Source of the DNA: an uncultured Gemmatimonadales bacterium
Lineage (GTDB): Bacteria > Gemmatimonadota > Gemmatimonadetes > Gemmatimonadales > GWC2-71-9
Length of the DNA stretch: 64,000 nt
Direction: 5' to 3'
NCBI GenBank assembly: GCA_963833905.1
Contig: CAWHZQ010000013.1
Location: forward strand, 13,902-77,901
Positions 1-12,412 of this stretch are shown piece by piece. Under the pieces are notes generated by a model, which was not told where the DNA came from, did no database searches, and worked only from the letters and a program-made list of their open reading frames with translations. How positions within the stretch are numbered: position 1 is the stretch's first letter; the number at the start of each line of letters is the position of its first letter. Made by a program: the position numbers and the translations under genes.

Positions 1-1899
1 GTAGCGATAGTCGGCCGGATTGGGGGACGTGGCCGTGAGATTCCGCCGGGCCTGCATGAGAAAGTACGTGATCTCCGTCGTGCCGTGGTGCTCCGGGATG
101 AACGCCCTCACCACCCGCGGCAGGCCGGCCGCCTCGGCGAGCGCGATACCGTCGAGCACGTGCTGCCGGATGATCCGCGCCGAGTCGATGGGCGGCAGCT
201 GGTCATGCGGGTTGGGGCCGCCGCCCTGGTTCTCGACGAAGAAGCCCGGCGCGCTCAGCTTCCCGATATCGTGGTAGTAGCAGCCGACGCGCGCCAGCAG
301 GCCGTTCGCGCCGATGATGTTGCAGGCCGACTCGCAGAGGTTGGCCATGGCGAGACTGTGGGCCCACGTGCCCGGCGCCTCGAGCGCCAGGCGCCGGAGC
401 AGCGGCCGCCCGAGGTCGGAGAGCTCGAGCAGGGTCAGGTCGGTGGTGATGCGGGTGGCCGACTCGGCGAGCGGCATGACCAGCATCGCCAGCGCCGCGC
501 TCGCGAGCGCCATCAGCGAGCCGAGCAGCGCGCTCGCCACGATCGTGATCGTGGCCCAGCCCTGGAGCAGGCCCACCGTGATCGACGCGAGGATGCTCGC
601 CGCCGCCACGACCGCCACGGTGACGTAGAGATGCCGGCGGCGCCGGACGGCACGGATGCCGATCGCGCCCGCGACGCCGCCGACCAGGCCGAAGAAGAGG
701 ATCCCGCTTTCCCCGAGCGACCACTGCCCGTCCAGCAGCACGGCAAGGGTCAGCGCGGCGAACACGCCGATGCGCCCGTCGTAGAGCAGCGTCACCAGGA
801 TGGCGGCGAAGGGAATCGGCACCATCTCGGGCCGGATGGGGAGCAGCTGCGTGGTGCCGGCCGTGATCAGCACGACGAGCGAGAAGAGCGCCCCGAAGAA
901 GGCCATCTCGCGCAGCTCGACGTACGTCTCCCGGCGGTAGAACACCATCAGCAGCCAGAAGACGCCCAGCACGATCGCGTTGTAGAGCAGCGCGCCCACC
1001 ACGCCGGGCGTCCAGTAGCCGCCGACGCCCCGCCGCTGGAGCTCCTGCCCCAGGGCCACCATCTTGGCCCGCATCTCCTCGGTGACCGTCTGCCCCGCCC
1101 CGGCGATCCGCTCGCCCGAGCGCACGCCGTACCGTGTCGGGTCCACGCTCGCGCGGAGCTGCTCGCGGCGCGCGCTCGTGAGCGTGGCGTCGGGCACGAT
1201 CGTGGGATGATAGAACGCGCCCACGATGCGCCGGAGCGTCCGCTGGCCGGCCGGATCCTCCACCACGATGCCCGCGGCCTCGGCCTGCTCCATCAGGTCG
1301 GCGAACGTGAGGATCGAGTCGCGTGCCACGACCCGCTCGGTGTCGTTCCGCCGCAGGGTGATCTGGCGGCTGGCCTCGCCGCGGATCACGCCGGCATCGG
1401 CGACGCCGCGCGAGAGGATGTCGCCGAGAAAGTGGGTCACCAGGTCGCGCATCTCGCGCCGGTGCGCCGGGTCGGCCAGGTAGCGCGTCTCCTCGGGGCC
1501 CAGGTGCGCCTGGGTGGACGCGACCGCGCGCATGAGCTCGGGGCCCTGCGCGCTCGCGCGGTCCAGATCGGTGAAGAAGTCCCGCGCGGCGGCGAGCGAT
1601 GAGTCGTAGGCGGTGGGGCTGAAGCGGTAGACGGGCTGCGCGGTCAGGGCCCGCGACTCGCCCTCGCGCGCGATCTCGTCGGTGGTCTTCCGCACCTGGT
1701 ACGGAAACGGCGCCACGACCGTGCGCTCGGAGCGCTGCCCGACGTCGGGGATCCGGGCGCCGAGACCGGCCGGCGGCGGAAACAGCAGGTAGGTCAGGAC
1801 GGCGGTGACGAGCAGGGGAATCCACCGGACGAGGTGGAACTTGATCCGGTCGGACAGCGTGTCCCCAAACGGGCTTCGAGGCACCTCCGCGCGAGCCAT
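1..1899 (-). CDS. 7TM-HD (HDIG) membrane-associated phosphohydrolase; 3' end runs off the window
   Basis: Absent from the ORF track because it has no in-window stop. Reverse-strand reading in the frame ending at nt 1 starts MARAEVPRSPFGDTLSDRIKFHLVRWIPLLVTAV at 1899. Around nt 240-300 it gives LLARVGCYYHDIGKLSAPGF (HDIG motif). The ATG shares one base with the phoH stop (TGATG). The phoH/7TM-HD pairing is a common neighbourhood. Confidence 0.8.
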   Translation of the reverse strand, partial: MARAEVPRSPFGDTLSDRIKFHLVRWIPLLVTAVLTYLLFPPPAGLGARIPDVGQRSERTVVAPFPYQVRKTTDEIAREGESRALTAQPVYRFSPTAYDSSLAAARDFFTDLDRASAQGPELMRAVASTQAHLGPEETRYLADPAHRREMRDLVTHFLGDILSRGVADAGVIRGEASRQITLRRNDTERVVARDSILTFADLMEQAEAAGIVVEDPAGQRTLRRIVGAFYHPTIVPDATLTSARREQLRASVDPTRYGVRSGERIAGAGQTVTEEMRAKMVALGQELQRRGVGGYWTPGVVGALLYNAIVLGVFWLLMVFYRRETYVELREMAFFGALFSLVVLITAGTTQLLPIRPEMVPIPFAAILVTLLYDGRIGVFAALTLAVLLDGQWSLGESGILFFGLVGGVAGAIGIRAVRRRRHLYVTVAVVAAASILASITVGLLQGWATITIVASALLGSLMALASAALAMLVMPLAESATRITTDLTLLELSDLGRPLLRRLALEAPGTWAHSLAMANLCESACNIIGANGLLARVGCYYHDIGKLSAPGFFVENQGGGPNPHDQLPPIDSARIIRQHVLDGIALAEAAGLPRVVRAFIPEHHGTTEITYFLMQARRNLTATSPNPADYRY

Positions 1900-2852
1900 C
1901 AGCCGTTCTGATCCTCCGCGTAGGCCCGGATGATCTCGCGCACCAGCCGATGGCGCACGACGTCCGCCTCGTGCAGATACTGGAAGGCGATGCCTTCGAT
2001 CCCGGGGAGGATCCGCTCGACCTGCACCAGCCCGCTGTCTTCGCGCCGGGGCAGGTCGACCTGCGTCTTGTCGCCCGTCACCACCGTCTTGCTGTTCACG
2101 CCCAGGCGGGTGAGAAACATCTTCATCTGGGCGCCGGTGGCGTTCTGCGCTTCGTCGAGGATGATGAACGCATCGGCCAGGGTGCGCCCGCGCATGTACG
2201 CCAGCGGCGCGATCTCGATCGTGCGGGTCTCGAGCGCGCGCTGCACGCGGTCGTGCGGCATCATGTCCTCGAGCGCATCGTACAGCGGGCGAAGGTACGG
2301 ATCGACCTTGGCCTGGATGTCGCCCGGCAGGAAGCCCAGCGACTCGCCGGCCTCGACCGCCGGGCGCGCGAGGATGATGCGCTTGACCCGCTTCCGCGCG
2401 AGCGCCTCCACCGCCTTGGCGACGGCCAGATACGTCTTGCCCGTGCCGGCCGGGCCGATCCCGACCACGATATCGTGATTGCTGATGGCCTGCAGGTAGT
2501 CCCGCTGGCCCTGGGTCTTGGGGACAATGGCGCGCCGGAGCCCCGGGAGCACGATCTTGCCGTCGCTGGTCTGGGCCGGCAGCTCACTCGGCGGCCCCTC
2601 CGACGCCAGCCGAAGGACGTCGTCCGGCGAGACCGGCTCTCCCATCCGCGCCAGGTCCAGCAGCCCCTGCACGACGGGCGTGGCGCGCTCGAGTTGTTCC
2701 GCGGTGCCCGCCAGGCTGACGTCGTCACCGCGGAAGGAGACCCGTATGCCGAGGGTCCGCTGCAGCTCCATCAGGTTCGCGTCGTTCACCCCGGCGAACA
2801 GCAGCGGGTCGGCGCCTTCGGCGGACAGCCGGTGATGGGTGTCGTCGGCCAT
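1899..2852 (-). CDS. phoH: PhoH-like ATPase (PhoH/YbeZ family)
   Basis: Intact 317-aa ORF. Walker A GPAGTGKTYLAV; FIILDEAQN; PhoH-type C-terminus. Confidence 0.9.
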   Translation of the reverse strand: MADDTHHRLSAEGADPLLFAGVNDANLMELQRTLGIRVSFRGDDVSLAGTAEQLERATPVVQGLLDLARMGEPVSPDDVLRLASEGPPSELPAQTSDGKIVLPGLRRAIVPKTQGQRDYLQAISNHDIVVGIGPAGTGKTYLAVAKAVEALARKRVKRIILARPAVEAGESLGFLPGDIQAKVDPYLRPLYDALEDMMPHDRVQRALETRTIEIAPLAYMRGRTLADAFIILDEAQNATGAQMKMFLTRLGVNSKTVVTGDKTQVDLPRREDSGLVQVERILPGIEGIAFQYLHEADVVRHRLVREIIRAYAEDQNG

Positions 2853-2854
2853 GG

Positions 2855-4700
<1,846 letters not shown>

Positions 4701-5230
4701 CAGCGGTGGTGGCCTCGAGCAGTTGCTGGCGCACCGTGTCTCGGCGGACCAGGCGGGCGATGCGACTCAGGATCTTGACGTGCAGGCCGGCCGACGCCTC
4801 CGGCCCCACGATGAGAAAAACCAGCCGCACCGGCTCCCCGTCGATGGCGTCGAACGGAACCGGGGCCGGCGTCACGCCGGCGACCATCGTCAGCTCGTGC
4901 ACCGCGGCGCACCGCCCGTGCGGAATGGCCACCCCGAAGCCGATGCCTGTGCTCTGCACCGATTCGCGTTCCAGCACGGCGGCGAGGACGTCGTCGTATT
5001 CAGCGTTCGCGAGATTCGCAAGTTTTCGTGTCAGCGCCGCGATGGCCGCGTGCCGATCGCCGACGCTGAGCGGAACCACCACCCGGTCCGGCGAGAGCAG
5101 CTCGGTCAGGAGCACGGCACAGCCTGGCGGTGCATGGGACAAACGTAACCGGCGGCGGAGGGGCGGGCAATGCGAGAACGCGGCGGGACGGGCCGCCCGG
5201 ATCGGGGCTATCCGATTAGATTCCAACACG

Positions 5231-6386
5231 ATGAGCCACCACCCCGTCGCCGCCCCCCACCCCCCGGTCAACCTGCTGGACCGTACCCCGGCCGCCGCCC
5301 GCGACCTCCTGGCCGCCTGGGTGGCCGGCCGCGGCCTGCCGGCCTATCGGGCGGGCCAGATCCTGCGGCGGCTCTGGCAGGCGCCGGTGGCCGCCTGGAC
5401 CGAGGCCACCGAGCTGCCGCTGGCCCTGCGGGCGCGAGCTGGACGCCGCCTTCCCGCTCCCCCGGCTGGCGGCGGAAGTGGAGCAGCTGTCGGCCGATGG
5501 CACCCGGAAGTTCCTCTGGCGGCTGGCGGACGGCGAGGCCATCGAATCGGTGCTGATCCCCTCGGGCGGCCGCCGGACGCTCTGCATCAGCTCCCAGGCC
5601 GGGTGCGCGCTCAAGTGCGCGTTCTGCGCCACCGGGCAGATGGGCTACCGGCGGAACCTGAGCGCCTTCGAGATCGCCGGCCAGGTGCGCGAGATCGCGC
5701 TTCGCGATCCGGCGGACCTGCCGACCAACGTCGTCTTCATGGGCATGGGGGAGCCGCTGCTCAACTGGCCGGCGGTCGACACCGCGCTCACCATCCTCAA
5801 CGCACCCGACGGGCTCGGGATCGGCGCGCGGCACATCACCGTGTCGACCGTGGGCATCCTGCCGGGGATGCAGGCGTTCGCCCGGCGGCCGGAGCAGTTC
5901 CGGCTCGCCATCTCGCTGCATGCGCCGACGTCGGCGCAGCGCCTGGGCATCATGCCGATCGAGAAGAAATACGATCTGGAGGCGGTGCTCGCCGCCGCGG
6001 CGGCGTTCCGGAAGCGCGTCACGTTCGAGTACGTCATGATCGGCGGGGTGAACGACCAGGACGCGGATGCCGACCGGCTCGCCCGGCTGGCGCGCCGCCT
6101 GGGCGCGCTGGTCAACATCCTGCCGCTGCATCCGGGCGGCGCACCCGACCTCACGCCGACGACCGGCGAGCGGATCCGCGCGTTCGCGTCACGGCTCCGG
6201 AATCAGGGCATCGAGGCGACGGTGCGGCGGAGCCGGGGGCTGGACATCGACGCGGCGTGCGGGCAGCTGCGGGTGAATACGGAGCGGAAGCGGAAAGGCT
6301 CGGGATGGCGCGGGCAGGCGGGGCGAGCGTCCAACCCGTCATCCCGAGCGAAGCGCAGGGACCTTCTCAACCCTTCCGGGCGGTAG
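5231..6386 (+). CDS. rlmN: 23S rRNA/tRNA (adenine-C2)-methyltransferase RlmN (radical SAM), with an apparent frameshift near 5435
   Basis: The N-terminus MSHHP...LPAYRAGQILRRLW lies in the frame of ORF 4706..6469. The core lies in ORF 5478..6386, with GCALKCAFCATG (CxxxCxxC) and ACGQL. The last ~25 codons read into a repeat element. Confidence 0.85.
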
Positions 6387-6430
6387 CCACCGTCTGGGTA
6401 GGCAGGCGAAGTCCCTCGCTCAGGTCCGCC
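6338..6430. repeat. Degenerate copy of the palindromic GTCATCC(C/T)GAGCG...CTCAGGATGAC repeat family
   Basis: The left arm gtcatcccgagcgaagcgcagggac matches the left arms at 12317 and 28537. The right arm (gtccctcgctcaggtc) is eroded. It lies between convergent rlmN and ppc. Confidence 0.45.
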
Positions 6431-6431
6431 C

Positions 6432-9203
6432 CTACCCCGTCGCCCCGAACCCCGTCGCGATACAGTTGATCGACAACAACAGCGCCGACAGCAGCTCCTC
6501 CTGCGACTTGTCGCTGCCGCTGTCCCGGAACCGGCGCAGCAGCTCGATCTGCTGGCGGGAGATCTGATTCAGGATCGGCAGCCGGCGCGCGAGCTTCCGC
6601 CGGAACCTCGGGAACCGCTCGGCCAGCGCCGTTCCGCCGCTGATCCGCAGCACCGCCTCGACCGTCCGATGGTACTCCTCCTCGATCAGCGGGAAGACGG
6701 CCGCCCGCACCCGCTCCTCCGGCACCAGCGCCGCGTACTCCCGCGCCATCTCCAGATCGACGTACGACAGCGTCTTCTCGACCTCGTCCACGATGAGCCG
6801 GAAGAGGCGTGAGTCGTTGAACATCCGCTGAATGAGCGCGGAGCCGCGCTGGCCGCGCACCTGCAGGAAGGTCAGCACTCCGCTGCCGACTCCGAACCAG
6901 CCGGGCACGAAATGGCGGTTCTGTGACCAGGCGAACACCCACGGGATCGCGCGCAGGTCGCCGAGCGTGCGCGCGCCGAACCGCCGGGCCGGCCGGGAGC
7001 CGAGATTGAGGAAGGAAATCTCCTCGAGCGGGCTCGCCGTCTGGTAGTACGGCAGCAGGTCAGGGTGGTCGACGAGCTTCCGGTAGGCCGCCTGGGCCGC
7101 GCCCGAGAGCGCCTCCATCGCCTCGTCGAACTCGGCCGTCGGCACGAGCGCCTCCTCGCGCTCGGACTTGATCGTGTGCTCCACCACGCTCGCGGCCAGC
7201 AGCTCGATCTGGTACTGCGCCGTGCCTCGGTTGGCGTACTTGAACGAGACGACCTCGCCCTGCTCGGTGATCCGCATCCGCCCCTGGATCGAGCCGGCGG
7301 GCTGCGCCGCGATCGCGCGCCCGGTCGGCGCCCCGCCCCGGCTCACCGACCCGCCGCGCCCGTGGAAGAACGCGATCGGCACCCCCATCTCCTTCCCCAC
7401 CCGCGTGAGCTTGATCTGGGCCTTGTACAGCTCCCAGTTCGAGGTCAGGAAGCCGCCGTCCTTGTTCGAGTCCGAGTAGCCGATCATCACCTCCTGCACC
7501 CCGCCCTGCGCGCGCACGCTGCGCTTGACCAGGGGCACACTGAGGAGCTCCCGCATGATGGCCGGCGCGCGCTGGAGGTCCTCGATCGTCTCGAACAGCG
7601 GCACGATCGGGAGGGTGCAGCTCTCGATGCCCGCCGTGTCGCCGAACAGCCCGCCGATCTTGGCCAGCAGGTAGGCGCCCAGCACGTCGCTCTCGCTCTG
7701 CGTCATGCTGAGCACGAAGGCGCCGAAGGCCTCGCGGTCGATCTCCGCGCGCAGCCGGCGGACGAGCTGGAACATGCCGAACGTCTCCGCGAACTCCGCC
7801 GAGGGCTCGGGAGCGGGCGCGCCCGGAGTGAGCGGCCGGCCCAGCTCCGCCGCCAGCCAGGTTCGCCATGCCTCCGAGCCGGGCTCCGGAGCATCGCCGG
7901 TCCCGCCGCCGGTCCGCCACAGGTCGGCGAGCGCGGCGTTGAGCTTGGTGGTGTTCTCCCGGACGTCCAGCCGGACCGTGCTGAAGCGGAACGACTCGAC
8001 CTCCCGGCGCACCGGGCGGATCAGGGCGGTGGCCAGCTCGGGCCGTCCGTCCTCGATCAGCTCGTCCTCCATCAGCTTGAGGTCCGCGAGCAGCGCGTCG
8101 GCCGACGCATAGCCGGCGGGATCCGGCCGCGTGTCGCCGCGCTCGGTGTGCTCGATCATCAGCTGGATGCGGCGGAGCATGCAGGCGAGATACTGGCGGA
8201 ACACTTCGCCCGGATTGCGGGTGGCGATCTCCTCGGCCTGCCCCGTCGCCGCCAGCTCGCGATCGAGCGCCGTGCGGAAGCGATCGGAGATCGGGACGGC
8301 CTTCTCGGTGATGCTGAGCGCGCGGACCAGCTCGTCGATCCGGCGGCGGTAGCGGCGGAGCCCCGTCAACCGGTTCTCCAGCAGCGTGCCATGGGTGACG
8401 TCATTGGTGACGAAGGGATTGCCGTCCCGGTCGCCGCCGATCCAGGAGCCGAACTGGAAGAACGGCGGCACGACCCAGCGCTCGCCCGGATAGAACTGCG
8501 CCAGCACCCGCTCGACCTTGTCCAGCAGGTCGGGCACCGCCTCGAACAGGGTCTCGTTGAAGAAGTGCAGGCCCCAGAAGACCTCCTGGGGCACGGTCGG
8601 CTTCTGCAGGCGCAGCTCGCCCGTGAGCCAGAGGAGCTCGATCTCGTTCCGCAGTCCGTCGATCAGTCCCTGGCGCTCGCGCGGCGTCCAGCGGGGCGAC
8701 TCGAGGTCGACCAGCCGGCGGTAGATGCGCCGATGCTTCTCCAGCACCGTGACGCGCTTGGCTTCGGTGGGATGGGCGGTGATGACCGGCCGGACGCGGA
8801 GCTGCTCGAGCAGCGTCCGGATCTCGGCCGCGGGCACCTTGGCGGCCGCGGCGTCGGAGAACACCCGCGCGAACGTGCCTCGGAGGAGCTCGTAGCCGCG
8901 CTCGGCCTCGATCTGCCGCCGGCGGCGCATGGCGGCGTTCTGCTCCGCGATGCTGAGCAGCTGGAACCAGATCCCCTGCACCTGGAGCGTCCGGGCCAGC
9001 AGCTCGGCGCTCAGCTCGTGCGGGGCCCGCTCGCCGCGCAAGACCGGCTCGACCTCCGGCGCGCGCTTCCGCACCAGCGTGAGCATGAGCTCGCTCAGGA
9101 GCTCGAGCACCTCGTTGGCGTAGTGGGCCGCGCTGGCGGCCACGGGGTCCGGCGACTCGGGCAGCTCGGTGGCGGAGAACGGTTCCAGCGCCACCTGGCT
9201 CAC
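6432..9203 (-). CDS. ppc: phosphoenolpyruvate carboxylase
   Basis: Intact 923-aa ORF. VITAHPTEAKR, GYSDSNKDGG, FHGRGGSVSRGGAP, C-terminal ...GFGATG. The GTG start overlaps the upstream stop (GTGA). Confidence 0.95.
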   Translation of the reverse strand: MSQVALEPFSATELPESPDPVAASAAHYANEVLELLSELMLTLVRKRAPEVEPVLRGERAPHELSAELLARTLQVQGIWFQLLSIAEQNAAMRRRRQIEAERGYELLRGTFARVFSDAAAAKVPAAEIRTLLEQLRVRPVITAHPTEAKRVTVLEKHRRIYRRLVDLESPRWTPRERQGLIDGLRNEIELLWLTGELRLQKPTVPQEVFWGLHFFNETLFEAVPDLLDKVERVLAQFYPGERWVVPPFFQFGSWIGGDRDGNPFVTNDVTHGTLLENRLTGLRRYRRRIDELVRALSITEKAVPISDRFRTALDRELAATGQAEEIATRNPGEVFRQYLACMLRRIQLMIEHTERGDTRPDPAGYASADALLADLKLMEDELIEDGRPELATALIRPVRREVESFRFSTVRLDVRENTTKLNAALADLWRTGGGTGDAPEPGSEAWRTWLAAELGRPLTPGAPAPEPSAEFAETFGMFQLVRRLRAEIDREAFGAFVLSMTQSESDVLGAYLLAKIGGLFGDTAGIESCTLPIVPLFETIEDLQRAPAIMRELLSVPLVKRSVRAQGGVQEVMIGYSDSNKDGGFLTSNWELYKAQIKLTRVGKEMGVPIAFFHGRGGSVSRGGAPTGRAIAAQPAGSIQGRMRITEQGEVVSFKYANRGTAQYQIELLAASVVEHTIKSEREEALVPTAEFDEAMEALSGAAQAAYRKLVDHPDLLPYYQTASPLEEISFLNLGSRPARRFGARTLGDLRAIPWVFAWSQNRHFVPGWFGVGSGVLTFLQVRGQRGSALIQRMFNDSRLFRLIVDEVEKTLSYVDLEMAREYAALVPEERVRAAVFPLIEEEYHRTVEAVLRISGGTALAERFPRFRRKLARRLPILNQISRQQIELLRRFRDSGSDKSQEELLSALLLSINCIATGFGATG

Positions 9204-10175
9204 ACGACGCGATCCCGGAGCGGCTTTCCGCTGAAGAAGAGCTGAAGGTTCTCGAACGCGCGCAGGCCCATGGCCACGCGGGTCTCCTGCGTCGCGCTGC
9301 CGAGATGCGGGAGCAGGACGACGTTCTCCATCGCGAGCAGCGCCGGCGTCACCTGCGGCTCCTTCTCATACACGTCGAGCCCCGCGCCGGCGATGCGCCT
9401 GGCCTGGAGCGCCTCGACCAGCGCCGCCTCGTCCACCACGTCGCCACGGGCGCTGTTGATGAGGAACGCCTCCGGCCGCATCAGCGCCAGGCGCTCGCGG
9501 TTCATCAGGTGCCGGGTCTCGGGCGTGGCCGGACAGTGGAGCGAGACGAAATGCGCCTCCTGCAGCACCTCTTCGAGGCTGTTCCGCGGCTCCGCGCCCA
9601 GCGCCTTGGCCACGTCGGGCGCGGGCGGGAAAGGGATCGTGGAAGATCACTTTCATCCCGAACCCATGATGGGCCCGCTGCGCCACCGCCCGAGCGATCC
9701 GGCCCATGCCGATCAAGCCGAGCGTCTTGCCCGTGACGTGCGTGCCGAGCATGTGGGTGGGCCGCCAGCCGGTCCAGTGGCCGCCCCGGAGATGGCGCTC
9801 GCCCTCGCCGGTGCGGCGGGCCGTCATGAGCAGGAGCGTCACCGCGAGATCGGCCGTCGCGTCGGTGAGCACGTCCGGCGTGTTCGAGACGGCGATCCCG
9901 CGGGCCTTGGCGGCCTCGACGTCGATGTTGTTGAAGCCGACGCCGAAATTGGCCACCAGCTTCGCCCGGCGGGGCTCGGTGGCGAGCACCTCGTCGGTGA
10001 CCTTGTCGGTGACGGTGGTGAGGAGGGCATCCGCGCTTCGGAAGGCTTCCCTCAGGCCGTCCACCGTCAGCGGTCGGTCCTCCGGATTGAGGCGCGCGTC
10101 GAACTCGCGGGCGAGCGCCTGATGCACCGGCTCGGGGAGGCGGCGGGTCACCACCACGACCGGACGCGCGCTCAC
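9200..10175 (-). CDS. D-isomer-specific 2-hydroxyacid dehydrogenase (hydroxypyruvate/glyoxylate reductase-like), with an apparent frameshift near 9625
   Basis: The N-terminal part [16 protein letters not shown]...[20 protein letters not shown] (NAD-binding GxGxxG) lies in the frame of ORF 9366..11093. The C-terminal part lies in ORF 9200..9613 ([12 protein letters not shown]...LPHLGSAT). GTGA overlaps at both ends. Confidence 0.8.
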
Positions 10176-11083
10176 GTGCCGACCGTCACGCGCTTCGACA
10201 TGCCGCCCAGCACCCGCGCGGCGGTGCTGCCGAGATCGGCCGGGCTCGACACCACGGTGATCCCCGCGCCACGCATGATCTCGACCTTTTCGGCCGCGCT
10301 CTCGCCGAAGGCGCGGATGATCGCGCCCGCGTGACCCATCCGGCGGCCCTTGGGCGCCGTGAGCCCGGCCACGTAGCCGATGACCGGCTTCTTCATGTGC
10401 TCCTTGGCGTGCAGCGCGGCCTCGGCCTCCTGCGGACCGCCGATCTCGCCGATCATCATGACCGCCTCGGTCTCCGGATCCTCCTCGAAGCGCTGCAGGA
10501 TGTCCACGAAGGAGCTGCCGTTGATCGGGTCGCCGCCGATGCCGACGCTGGTCGTGATGCCGATGCCGAGCGCCTTCATCTGCGACGCCGCCTCGTAGCC
10601 CAGCGTTCCCGACCGGGTCACCAGTCCCACGGTGCCGCGCTGGTAGATGTGTCCCGGCATGATGCCGATCATGGCCTTGCCGGGGCTGATGACGCCGGCA
10701 CAGTTGGGGCCGATGACCGTGGAGCGCTTCTCCTTGGGGTACCGCCGGAGATAGCGCTTCACCGTGATCATGTCCTGCGCCGGGATGCCGTCCGTGATGG
10801 CGCAGATCAGCCGGATGCCCGCGTCCGCCGCCTCCATGATGGAGTCGGCGCAAAACGCCGCCGGGACGAAGATGACGGACGCCTCCGCCCCCGCGTGCTT
10901 CACCGCCTCCTTGACCGTGTTGAACACCGGCAGGTCGAGATGCTGCTTGCCGCCTTTGCCGGGAGTCACGCCGCCCACGAGGTTGGTTCCGTAGGCCCGC
11001 ATCTCCTTGCCGTGAAACGTGCCCTTGTCCCCGGTGAAGCCCTGGACGATGACGCGCGTCCGTTCGTCGATGAGGATGCTCAT
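10172..11083 (-). CDS. mtkB: CoA-ligase alpha subunit, SucD family. Context suggests malate--CoA ligase (malate thiokinase) small subunit; the alternative is succinyl-CoA synthetase alpha.
   Basis: [28 protein letters not shown]...GHAGAII (phospho-His loop). The start was set at an internal ATG by residue count. ATGA overlap with the upstream subunit. Confidence 0.6.
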   Translation of the reverse strand: MSILIDERTRVIVQGFTGDKGTFHGKEMRAYGTNLVGGVTPGKGGKQHLDLPVFNTVKEAVKHAGAEASVIFVPAAFCADSIMEAADAGIRLICAITDGIPAQDMITVKRYLRRYPKEKRSTVIGPNCAGVISPGKAMIGIMPGHIYQRGTVGLVTRSGTLGYEAASQMKALGIGITTSVGIGGDPINGSSFVDILQRFEEDPETEAVMMIGEIGGPQEAEAALHAKEHMKKPVIGYVAGLTAPKGRRMGHAGAIIRAFGESAAEKVEIMRGAGITVVSSPADLGSTAARVLGGMSKRVTVGT

Positions 11084-12273
11084 GGCTTGCCATTCCCGGC
11101 CGTGCTGCCCGAGGCCTTGAGGACGGCCACGACCTTCTCGGCCGCCTCGGTGAGGGTATCCGCCGTGACGAGATCGAGCCCGCTCTCGCGCAGGATCCGC
11201 TTGCCCTCCTCGACGTTGGTGCCGGCCAGCCGCACCACCAGCGGGACCGTCGGCTTGAGCTCCTTGACGGCGTTCACCACACCCTGCGCCACCCAATCGC
11301 AGCGGTTGATGCCGGCGAAGATGTTGACCAGGATCGCCCTGACCTTCGGGTCGGCGAGGACGAGCCGGAAGGCGTTGCAGACCTTCTCGGGCGAGGCGCC
11401 GCCACCCACGTCGAGGAAGTTGGCCGGCGAGCTGCCGGCGTGCTGGATGAGATCCATCGTGCCCATCGCCAGCCCGGCGCCGTTCACGATGCAGCCGATC
11501 TCGCCGTCGAGCGCGACGTAGTTGATCCCGTACTCCGCCGCCTGCGACTCCCGCGGATCCTCCTCCGCGTAGTCCCGCAGCTCGCTCACGTTGGGGCGGC
11601 GGAAGAGCGCGTTGTCGTCGAAGGTCATCTTGCAGTCGAGCGCCAGGAGCTGGCCGTCGGTCGTGGCGACGAGCGGGTTGATCTCCACCATGGTGGCGTC
11701 GAGGTCGCGGAACGCACGATAGCAGCCGAGCAGCGTCGTCACGGCGCGGGTCACCTGGGCCGAGTCGAGCCCCAGCGCGAACGCGATCTCGCGCGCCTGA
11801 AAGGCGGTGAGCCCCACCGCGGGCTCGACGGTCGAGCGGATGATCGCTTCGGGGGACTTCTCCGAGATCTCCTCGATCTCCACGCCGCCCTGCGCGGAGG
11901 CGACGATCATCACGCGCTCGCTCTTCCGGTCGAGCACGAAGCCGAGATAGATCTCGCGCTCGATGGGAACCGCCGCCTCCACGTAGAGCCGGTGCACGGT
12001 CCGGCCTTCAGGGCCGGTCTGATGGGTGACGAGCCGCTTGCCCAGGAGGGCCTTGGACGCCGTCCGCACCTCGTCCTCGTTGGAGCAGAGCTTGATGCCG
12101 CCGGCCTTCCCGCGGGCGCCGGAGTGGATCTGCGCCTTCACGGCCCAGCGGACGCCGCCGATCTCGGAGGCGCGGTAGACGGCCTGCTCCGGGCTATACG
12201 CCACCCCGCCCCGCGGGATCGCGACGCCGAAGCCGGCGAGCAGCTCCTTGGCCTGGTATTCGTGGATGTCCAC
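11080..12273 (-). CDS. mtkA: CoA-ligase beta subunit, SucC family (ATP-grasp). Context suggests malate--CoA ligase large subunit; the alternative is succinyl-CoA synthetase beta.
   Basis: (V)[16 protein letters not shown]...[19 protein letters not shown]...[11 protein letters not shown]...[18 protein letters not shown] start at 12273, preceded by GGAGG. The longer ORF to 12372 reads through a repeat element. Confidence 0.6.
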   Translation of the reverse strand: MDIHEYQAKELLAGFGVAIPRGGVAYSPEQAVYRASEIGGVRWAVKAQIHSGARGKAGGIKLCSNEDEVRTASKALLGKRLVTHQTGPEGRTVHRLYVEAAVPIEREIYLGFVLDRKSERVMIVASAQGGVEIEEISEKSPEAIIRSTVEPAVGLTAFQAREIAFALGLDSAQVTRAVTTLLGCYRAFRDLDATMVEINPLVATTDGQLLALDCKMTFDDNALFRRPNVSELRDYAEEDPRESQAAEYGINYVALDGEIGCIVNGAGLAMGTMDLIQHAGSSPANFLDVGGGASPEKVCNAFRLVLADPKVRAILVNIFAGINRCDWVAQGVVNAVKELKPTVPLVVRLAGTNVEEGKRILRESGLDLVTADTLTEAAEKVVAVLKASGSTAGNGKP

Positions 12274-12316
12274 GCTCGAGCCTCCGTCGATCAAATGTGA
12301 CCGTGATGCCGGCTCC

Positions 12317-12412
12317 GTCATCCCGAGCGCAGCGAGGGATCGCCTGCCAGCTCGAGTCACGTCGAGCGTCACTCGCTACGCCGATGCGATCCCTCGCTAC
12401 GCTCAGGATGAC
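12317..12412. repeat. Palindromic REP/MITE-like element (GTCATCCCGAGCG...CTCAGGATGAC family)
   Basis: The arms gtcatcccgagcgcagcgagggatc (12317-12341) and gatccctcgctacgctcaggatgac (12388-12412) are inverted complements. The element fills the only gap in the sga-to-ppc chain. The mcl stop codon lies inside the right arm. Confidence 0.7.

Noticed and set aside
85-1825. Long ORFs 85..1602 (+, 505 aa) and 203..1825 (-, 540 aa).
   Set aside because: Their translations are Arg/Ala/Gly/Pro-rich low-complexity strings, typical of off-frame or antisense reading in very GC-rich DNA. The third minus-strand frame gives a clean HDIG membrane protein that explains the region. The same applies to 2876..4507, 7065..9245, 38890..40947, 40830..43487, 56521..59043 and 61360..63903.
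11080-12372. The ORF-track start at 12372 for the SucC-like gene (430 aa).
   Set aside because: The extra 33 codons read through the palindromic repeat (translation ...SLAALGMT...). An in-frame GTG at 12273 with a GGAGG upstream gives the canonical (M)[10 protein letters not shown]-terminus.
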